64,000 bases of DNA, taken from the IMG/VR virus record IMGVR_UViG_3300025809_001850; one strand, given 5' to 3'. Below the pieces are notes generated by a model. The model saw only the letters and a list, made by a program, of their open reading frames with translations, had not been told where the DNA came from and did not search any database. This DNA comes from a virus. Lineage: Duplodnaviria > Caudoviricetes. This document shows, piece by piece, positions 58,006-64,000 of the stretch (its first letter is position 1; every line of letters begins with the position of its first letter). A program made the translations under genes and the position numbers.

Positions 58006-58455
58006 ATGAGAGAGACTATTACAAAAATAAAAAACAAAGGAATGAAGATCCTTGAGAAGCAACTGAAAGAAATTCAAAAGGTTGATTCTATTCTTGAATG
58101 GACGCAAGCAAAATGCATCAATCAAGTTCACAAAGGAACAGGAGCAATCGGAGTTTACAAAATCATTCATCGTCCTAGTAATAAAGTTATGAGCATCGGA
58201 CAAGGAAACATAGGAGCAAGAAAAGCTCGTCACCTTGGAGTATTTCGTAACGATGGTCAAACTCTTATTTCCAAAAATGGAAAACCTAGTGGTTCTGTCA
58301 CAGGACAAAAAATGTATCAGTTTGATTCAAATGAGAATAATTGGGATTTTAGTTTACTTGCAGTAGGAAGCAAATTTCTTTCGTGTTTTATAGAAGAAGA
58401 TTTACAAGCAAAACTTCGTCCGGCGTTTAATGCTGATCATATGGGTGGTAAGTAA
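58006..58455 (+). CDS. GIY-YIG-like endonuclease domain protein
   Basis: GVYKII...MSIGQG...RKARH...E...L...PAFN; own promoter TTGACA-17-TATTGT at 57969-57997. Confidence 0.6.
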   Translation: MRETITKIKNKGMKILEKQLKEIQKVDSILEWTQAKCINQVHKGTGAIGVYKIIHRPSNKVMSIGQGNIGARKARHLGVFRNDGQTLISKNGKPSGSVTGQKMYQFDSNENNWDFSLLAVGSKFLSCFIEEDLQAKLRPAFNADHMGGK

Positions 58456-58476
58456 TTTTTTTTTATTGGTTGTTTT

Positions 58477-58510
58477 AAAGTGGAGGTTTTTTTCGTTCCT
58501 CCACTTTTTT
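58477..58510 (+). terminator. Rho-independent terminator
   Basis: AAAGTGGAGG-11nt-CCTCCACTTT plus T run. Confidence 0.8.
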
Positions 58511-58533
58511 TGTGCGTTTTTATAATAATACAC

Positions 58534-58562
58534 TTGACAAATTATAAAAACAACGTTACACT
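58534..58562 (+). promoter_or_regulatory. Sigma70-type promoter; transcript starts with GTGGGAGGGAG
   Basis: TTGACA-17-TACACT. Confidence 0.75.
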
Positions 58563-58568
58563 CTAAGG

Positions 58569-58810
58569 AGTGGGAGGGAGGGTTACCTGCAAATAACTTC
58601 GAATTTCTAAAAACAGAGCAGGACATCCGAAAAAAAGATTTCGTCCCTTGTTATGTATAACCCCTTATATACACACATAAAATTGCTTCTGGGTTGAACA
58701 CCGATGAATTGTTTATTTTTTTGATGCTAATATTGGTTCTGGAGCTGTATACTGCATATTCAAAATGCTGGGACTGGGCTTTTTTTTACCGGAGCACGAT
58801 CTTTGTGCTC
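58569..58810 (+). ncRNA. Candidate structured non-coding RNA (3' end uncertain)
   Basis: No ORF; potential helices AGGGA/TCCCT, CCTGC/GCAGG, CGAAA/TTTCG, GAGCAC/GTGCTC. Confidence 0.35.
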
Positions 58811-58859
58811 GCATAATAATGTTGTTGACTAAATTGAAATTATATTATAATATTAAGAT

Positions 58860-59189
58860 ATGATTAAAATAATAGAAAACGCATTAAAAGATTTGGCGGA
58901 AATGCAATTAAATCTTGAAAGTGATGTTGCAAGAACATGGATTGCTGAAAAAGTAGAAAAAGCAATTGTAGCAAAACAAAAAGAATCTGAGAATATTAGT
59001 GAGGAAGTAAAAGCAGTTGATGTTAATACCACTATGAACGTAGATGATGTTATTGTATCTGCTATGGAAAACAACGGATATACAAAAGGTGATAGTGGAT
59101 ACGATTTTCGTAGTGGTAAACGTGATGTTACATTTCATACTAGTAACAATGATCAATATGAAATAACGTTTCGTCAAATAAAGTTATGA
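58860..59189 (+). CDS. Hypothetical protein (leaderless)
   Basis: TTGACT-17-TAATAT promoter at 58825-58853; ATG at +7. Confidence 0.65.
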   Translation: MIKIIENALKDLAEMQLNLESDVARTWIAEKVEKAIVAKQKESENISEEVKAVDVNTTMNVDDVIVSAMENNGYTKGDSGYDFRSGKRDVTFHTSNNDQYEITFRQIKL

Positions 59190-59478
59190 GTGCGTCATTA
59201 AACAAAGTGGTGTATATAGCAATACAAAAATATTTAGAAAAAAATCAATTTCATATAATGAGTCCAAATTTATTGAATGATACAACACAACAAGAATTAG
59301 CACAAGATATAGGAAATGCTATATCTGCTTATCTTGGGCAAGTAAAACACAAAAGTATATGATTGAACTTTTTTCGTTGAGTATGTGCATACTGATATTG
59401 TGTGCAATGGCGTATGATATATTCAAAGGCAATTAATTTTACCGCAAAAAAATATAAAGTGTTGATAACACGCAACTT

Positions 59479-59829
59479 ATGAAAAAATCAAAGACCCCTA
59501 TAAAAAAATCAAAATCGCCGGAAATCCCCACGAATGATAATAATGCTACTACTATTACTGATAGTACATCAACCACATCAATGAAAAAATTCAATATACT
59601 TAATGCATTCAAAATCATTAACGAGTATGTATATCATATAACAATGCTTATAGTAGGTCTTATACCTTTGTTACTATTAGGTGTCGTGCTGTTTGGTGAC
59701 AATTTCTTTTTAGGCAACATCGTAGTATATAACATACAAAACATACTAGATGACATGGGAGGCTTTGTAGGAATAATAACACTTATACTAATAGTAACCA
59801 TATTCCACAAATTCTATAAGAAAAACTAA
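59479..59829 (+). CDS. Small membrane protein, paralog of 16256
   Basis: VLFGDNFFLGNIVVYNIQNILDDMGGFVGIITL vs IVLGDKVGFDVIGNLQGIVDG...LAGLITL. Confidence 0.6.
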   Translation: MKKSKTPIKKSKSPEIPTNDNNATTITDSTSTTSMKKFNILNAFKIINEYVYHITMLIVGLIPLLLLGVVLFGDNFFLGNIVVYNIQNILDDMGGFVGIITLILIVTIFHKFYKKN

Positions 59830-59869
59830 TAACTTGTTATAAAAACTACTTTTTATAATATTTATAGGT

Positions 59870-60010
59870 ATGCGTAACTTCGTAACACCTATTCAAAAGC
59901 CATTAGTGTCTGAAAAAACACTAAAAAGTGCTAAAAAGATAGCAAAATCCAGCAAAAAACTACTAATTACTGCATCAATAGTCGCAATAGGGCTATTGTG
60001 CAGTGGGTAA
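59870..60010 (+). CDS. 46-aa basic/hydrophobic peptide (not in the ORF track)
   Basis: ATG exactly 4 nt after ATATTTAT (59858-59865); MRNFVTP...LLITASIVAIGLLCSG. Confidence 0.45.
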   Translation: MRNFVTPIQKPLVSEKTLKSAKKIAKSSKKLLITASIVAIGLLCSG

Positions 60011-60201
60011 TTTTGCGGAAATAGCTATTAATATTATTGTGTATGTACTTGGTATTGTAATATTAAAGTATATAATTGACTTTATTAATAGTAGTATGTG
60101 TTCTTAATAGAATACAACAAAAATAAAAAGACATATACCCATTAGTGTAACTACTAACGAAGTGGTTAACTTTTTTTTGTAACCATAAAGCGAATCGCTC
60201 C

Positions 60202-60247
60202 AAATGGGTCGGGGCACACCTACTCTTGTGTGGATGACCATTTTTTT
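60202..60247 (+). terminator. Compound hairpin plus T run
   Basis: AATGGGTC...CACAC/GTGTG...GACCATT then T7. Confidence 0.55.
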
Positions 60248-60388
60248 GTCAGATATTTACTGTTTCATTTTTTGGTACATGAAATGAAAACTTTTTTGGG
60301 GAAACTCCCAATTTTAAAAAATGGTAAAAATTTTACTCAGAAATTAACTATGAATTTAATCGTATCTTTGGAAATATTTATATATGAC

Positions 60389-60619
60389 ATGAAGAAGTCT
60401 GTATCTATAAATCGAGATTATGTAATGGTAACTCACAATCCCACTACATACGAATACGAGTATCTAGTGTATCGTGTATTGGATATTAGTTATGTAGATA
60501 ACATTCAGATTGTAAATGTGCAACACCGTACAAAAAACAACCAACTTAAACGACTTGTTATGCCGTATCATATTTTCTTGGATTTGGTACATGAGCATAT
60601 TTTAACCAGATTGCAATAA
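60389..60619 (+). CDS. Hypothetical protein
   Basis: True start probably ATG 60389 after ATATTTAT (60374-60381). Confidence 0.55.
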   Translation: MKKSVSINRDYVMVTHNPTTYEYEYLVYRVLDISYVDNIQIVNVQHRTKNNQLKRLVMPYHIFLDLVHEHILTRLQ

Positions 60620-60621
60620 AA

Positions 60622-61014
60622 ATGAAAATTCTCAACGGAACATCATACTACGAAAAATACGATATCAACGAAATAAGAAAACAGACAATTCACTTTCTAA
60701 TCAATCCAGATGATACACATGAGTATTTATATTCATTTGATAAAGAAGAACGAGATACTGTAATTGAAGGAATTAATGCTCTCAATAACACAATTGCGTG
60801 GGAATTCTCCTCGGAATCTGCGTTGAATATCAAAAAAATAGAAGAATGCTACCAATCACTGTCTATAATTGACACAAACAAAATAACATACACCGAATTC
60901 AAAAAGATACCTGTTGAACAACTTACTTCATATTCAGTTTCCAAGTACGAAAATTGGTTAAAAAGCATCGGACACACCGTATTCTTTGAGTTTTTTACTA
61001 AATATAGTGCTTAA
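60622..61014 (+). CDS. Hypothetical protein
   Basis: ORF track. Confidence 0.6.
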   Translation: MKILNGTSYYEKYDINEIRKQTIHFLINPDDTHEYLYSFDKEERDTVIEGINALNNTIAWEFSSESALNIKKIEECYQSLSIIDTNKITYTEFKKIPVEQLTSYSVSKYENWLKSIGHTVFFEFFTKYSA

Positions 61015-61051
61015 TATACTATAAAAATAGATTTTGATTATATATATGTAT

Positions 61052-61372
61052 ATGATAAACTTATTGGGATTCTCAAAAACTAAACCAAAAGGCATAAAAG
61101 TGACTATAGAGTACTGCCCGAAGAACATTACGTTACCATACAAAGTAAAAAAACTCATAAATCAAGCATCTGTACAAGTTCCTAGTTCAAATAAATGTAA
61201 ATCCAAGAAAGATCCTTTCAATTTTACAGAAAAGACTGTACGAGTAGGTGAATTTCTAAATGAGTTTCAAGTTCAACATTTAGTAGACCAAGCAAGAAAT
61301 CATAAAAACGAATTTGAAAGTATAGAGATTGTAGAAAGAGAATCATCAGGACCAGAATTACTAACAGATTAA
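61052..61372 (+). CDS. VG(D/E)x(L/I)xxxQ paralog family member 1
   Basis: VRVGEFLNEFQVQ. Confidence 0.6.
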   Translation: MINLLGFSKTKPKGIKVTIEYCPKNITLPYKVKKLINQASVQVPSSNKCKSKKDPFNFTEKTVRVGEFLNEFQVQHLVDQARNHKNEFESIEIVERESSGPELLTD

Positions 61373-61376
61373 TATT

Positions 61377-61664
61377 ATGAAAACAAGCATCTACATTGAA
61401 AGACAAAAACTTGGAAAAAGAAAAGATCAGTTTGTTATTCGTCAATTAGAAAATGCAATTTCAATACAACTCAACAAAATGGCAAAACAAGAAGATGGAG
61501 AAGGACCACAAGTTGAATGTGGAGTAGGTGATACTATTACTAAAGAACAAGCAGAACAAGCTTGCAGAATAAGTAAAGTTACGGTTACCGAAGCACAAAA
61601 CAATTCTTTTGAAAGTTTCTTGGGAATAAAATCGAATAAACCTAGTAGTCGTAGAAACTCATGA
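61377..61664 (+). CDS. Paralog family member 2
   Basis: CGVGDTITKEQAEQ. Confidence 0.65.
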   Translation: MKTSIYIERQKLGKRKDQFVIRQLENAISIQLNKMAKQEDGEGPQVECGVGDTITKEQAEQACRISKVTVTEAQNNSFESFLGIKSNKPSSRRNS

Positions 61665-61945
61665 ATAAAATCATAAAAATACATTTAACACGTTATACAG
61701 GTAATCATCCTGTTGTCAGTGTATCACCTGAACGTGTATTTGAAATTGCGGAAATGGAAAATGCAGTTGTAGTGAACGTTAACAAACAAGCAAAAAAAGA
61801 ATACGAAGAAGGACCTCAAATAAGTGTTAGTGTAGGTGATCGGTTATCAGTAGAACAAGCAATACAAATAGCAGATACATACGAAACTACTTTGATTGCT
61901 ATAACAGCTGCTGAAGAAAATACTTCTTCGGTACTACATGGTTAA
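61661..61945 (+). CDS. Paralog family member 3
   Basis: VSVGDRLSVEQAIQ. Confidence 0.65.
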   Translation: MNKIIKIHLTRYTGNHPVVSVSPERVFEIAEMENAVVVNVNKQAKKEYEEGPQISVSVGDRLSVEQAIQIADTYETTLIAITAAEENTSSVLHG

Positions 61946-61990
61946 TTTGATTCTTGACTAATTTTTGGGGAATTCATATAATACCTACTT

Positions 61991-62230
61991 ATGAAAGAAC
62001 CAATAGTACATTTCAAGCGTTACATATCTACTCATCCTTCTGCTATGCTAAGTGGAAACAAGTATTTTGAAATTACTAAAATAGAAGGTGCTGTATTCTT
62101 TGAAGTAACTAAAGAAGAAAATTCTAAAAGCTTAAAATATGTAAGTGTAGGTGATCGTCTTACAATGGATCAAGCATATCAATGTTCTATTGATGCTCAT
62201 GTTATCGTAGAACCTGTGTATCCTAACTAA
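61991..62230 (+). CDS. Paralog family member 4
   Basis: VSVGDRLTMDQAYQ; promoter TTGACT-17-TATAAT at 61954-61982. Confidence 0.65.
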   Translation: MKEPIVHFKRYISTHPSAMLSGNKYFEITKIEGAVFFEVTKEENSKSLKYVSVGDRLTMDQAYQCSIDAHVIVEPVYPN

Positions 62231-62313
62231 CTGCATCATAGAATTTTGGGGGAATATCTACCCAACCTACTTTATTCAGTTTTGCATAATTATAAAAATA
62301 TTATAAAAAAGAG

Positions 62314-62342
62314 TTGACGTTCAAGGGGTATTATGGTAATCT
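62314..62342 (+). promoter_or_regulatory. Sigma70-type promoter upstream of rIIA
   Basis: TTGACG-17-TAATCT with TG extension; two ATTATAAAAA boxes upstream; ATGAGA at +10. Confidence 0.75.
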
Positions 62343-62477
62343 TATATCATAATGAGAAATACGAGAATCAAGGAAATTCATTTTTTTCTAAGAACTATAA
62401 TATAACTATAATAAATCGTCATTCTTATTCAGCTTCTAATAATCAACTAACATATATTACATCAACTATCATCTATT

Positions 62478-64000
62478 ATGCAGGTTAAAACAGCTCCTAA
62501 CGTAGTAAGTAACACATTACACAATACTACTCAGTATTCAATCAAAGCATCAGCAAAAGCATTTAAGATATTAAGTGATGGTTTATATAGTGACAAAATA
62601 GCTGCTCCTATACGAGAGTTATCTACTAACGCATATGATGCTCATGTAGCTCAAGGTAATACTCATACTCCCTTTGATGTACACCTGCCATCTGTAGCAG
62701 AGCCTTGGTTTGCTATTAGGGACTATGGCATTGGTATGAGCAAGCACGAATTGCAAACTACTTATACTACTTACTTTGATAGCAACAAAACTCATAGCAA
62801 CGACTTTGTGGGCTGCATGGGATTAGGAAGTAAAACTCCTTTTACTCTTAGTGATGCGTTTACGGTTACTAGTGTAAAGGACGGTAAGAAAACTACGGTT
62901 ATCAATTATCTTGATGAAGATGTCCCAAATTTTTCTATTATCTCTGAAGAGAATACTACTGACGCATCTGGTACCGAAATCAAGTTTACTCCTACTGAAG
63001 CACATACTTACGATAAACTTCGTGAGTCTGCTCAACGCATTCTTGGTTACTTTGATGTAACTCCCACTCTTACTATCGGATCAACTACTGAACAAGTTAA
63101 AGTTCCTAATAAGATGCTTGAAGGAAAAGATTGGTATTATGTAGATTCACAACTTGCACATTCCAATTCTATTATTCTTATGGGTAATGTTGCGTATCCT
63201 TTTAACTTTTCTGATGTAGATGATGTTTTTGAAAAAAAATACGGATGGAGTGAAACTTACGAATATCGTAGATTGATAAACAACATTGTATTCCGAGTTC
63301 CTATCGGAAATTTAGATGTTACTGCAAGTCGTGAAGAAATCGGTTGGACTAGTGAGGGTCGTGAGTATATGGTTAATTTCGTTGAACGTGTTTACAACGA
63401 AATTAAGGATATTATGAACGAGCAATTAAATAAGTGTGAGAACTTTTGGGATGCTCGTATTCTTTTTAATAGTATGATTGGTTACAACGAAGAATACTAC
63501 GGTGACATTGATCGTGAAGGAAACGGAAGCATTGGTCAATTCAAGTGGACGGAAAAATTAACTTGGAATGGAATGGATGTATCCGAACGATACGGTGATG
63601 TTTCCAAGAATCCTAATCTTCAAAAAATGGACTATCGTTTGTTTTGGTTAGGTTATGCAAAACGCAATCGGTATCGTGGTGGTGATAAAGTAAATCGTAG
63701 AAGTGATGTTAATGGTATAATTCCATTTGATGCTGATGTAGAGTTTTTTCAAAATGATCTTCCAACTGGAAGTGTTAGTCGTGTAAATCATTATGTTCGT
63801 GAGAATCAAAACAAAGTAGTTCTTGTGTTTGATAAGTTTACCAACAAAGAACGTAAGTATCTGAAACTTATTGGTTATCCTTCTAAAATTCGCAAAACTT
63901 CTGAATTAGAAAAACCTACGGTTAATCGTACTACATCCACCAAAACCAAAGGAACAATTCTTGCAAGCAAGAGGATTGATGATTGTGGATGGAACCCTGC
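62478..64000 (+). CDS. rIIA: RIIA-like protein (GHKL/Hsp90-like ATPase N-terminus), 3'-truncated; absent from the track because no stop is reached
   Basis: AFKILSDGLYSDKIAAPIRELSTNAYDAH, IRDYGIGMS, YTTYFDSNK, GCMGLGSKTPF, GTEI, VLMGNVAYP, VTASREEI. Confidence 0.88.
   Translation, partial: MQVKTAPNVVSNTLHNTTQYSIKASAKAFKILSDGLYSDKIAAPIRELSTNAYDAHVAQGNTHTPFDVHLPSVAEPWFAIRDYGIGMSKHELQTTYTTYFDSNKTHSNDFVGCMGLGSKTPFTLSDAFTVTSVKDGKKTTVINYLDEDVPNFSIISEENTTDASGTEIKFTPTEAHTYDKLRESAQRILGYFDVTPTLTIGSTTEQVKVPNKMLEGKDWYYVDSQLAHSNSIILMGNVAYPFNFSDVDDVFEKKYGWSETYEYRRLINNIVFRVPIGNLDVTASREEIGWTSEGREYMVNFVERVYNEIKDIMNEQLNKCENFWDARILFNSMIGYNEEYYGDIDREGNGSIGQFKWTEKLTWNGMDVSERYGDVSKNPNLQKMDYRLFWLGYAKRNRYRGGDKVNRRSDVNGIIPFDADVEFFQNDLPTGSVSRVNHYVRENQNKVVLVFDKFTNKERKYLKLIGYPSKIRKTSELEKPTVNRTTSTKTKGTILASKRIDDCGWNP

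Noticed and set aside
937-63035. Numerous short antisense or alternative-frame ORFs in the track (e.g. 1085-1600, 18869-19489, 26787-27158, 37589-38125, 62823-63035)
   Set aside because: They are shadows of well-supported genes on the other strand or frame, with no motifs, promoters or coupling.
1-64000. Alternative genetic code (TAG/TGA recoding)
   Set aside because: Conserved enzymes (ligase, Gmd, Fcl, NagB, DHFR) are full length in code 11, and genes end naturally at TAG (e.g. 6472, 33307, 56646) and TGA.
1-64000. tRNA, rRNA, tmRNA or RNase P genes
   Set aside because: No T-loop GTTCRA/cloverleaf or characteristic termini were recognised in the intergenic regions; tRNAscan/Infernal would be needed to exclude degenerate ones.
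1-64000. Eukaryotic giant virus or bacterial chromosome origin
   Set aside because: Sigma70 promoters, ATGA/TAATG coupling and rIIA indicate a phage; there are no ribosomal or core housekeeping operons. NCLDV-like genes (NFACT-R, Gmd/Fcl) are isolated.

Overview
This is a gene-dense, AT-rich, almost entirely plus-strand segment of a large tailed (jumbo-type) bacteriophage genome read in standard code 11. It is not a cellular chromosome: it has an rIIA-like gene, a phage-type ATP-dependent DNA ligase, dozens of small hypothetical ORFs, ATGA-coupled operons and repeated sigma70-type early promoters. The host is inferred, not shown, to be a marine PVC-superphylum bacterium, most likely Verrucomicrobiota (Opitutales/Puniceicoccaceae-like). 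That inference rests on a DUF1549/DUF1553 + DUF1501 operon, an Aas-type AMP-binding enzyme and two proteins with W(I/L)Y-x3-LGW C-terminal repeats. Four gene classes alternate. (1) Putative virion-internal cargo proteins share an N-terminal MK(I/K)xxxLKx(I/L)IxEE motif and hydrophobic-x-E module junctions (2.5-6.5 kb, 27.7 kb, 30.3-34 kb). (2) Early small-gene cassettes are each headed by a near-identical TTGACTTTTTATAA promoter, 14 copies. (3) Host-like metabolic genes include an HMA protein, an AMP-binding enzyme, a polyprenyl synthase, a cyclophilin, nagB and DHFR. (4) A ~12 kb glycan locus (43.3-55.0 kb) carries gmd, fcl, fucosyltransferase-like and GT-A-like genes, five sulfotransferases plus two deleted mini-copies, and an FkbM methyltransferase. 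A promoter- and hairpin-rich non-coding region lies at 56.65-58.0 kb. The strongest candidates for undescribed biology are a phage-encoded sulfated-fucan (fucoidan-like) pathway, a shared capsid-targeting propeptide, a PVC periplasmic DUF1549/1553/1501 module in a virus, a phage protein packed with bacterial N-glycosylation sequons, and a leaderless-mRNA/small-RNA expression architecture. No tRNA, rRNA, CRISPR array, reverse transcriptase or transposase was recognised. All family assignments come from motif recognition by eye; no database search was run.
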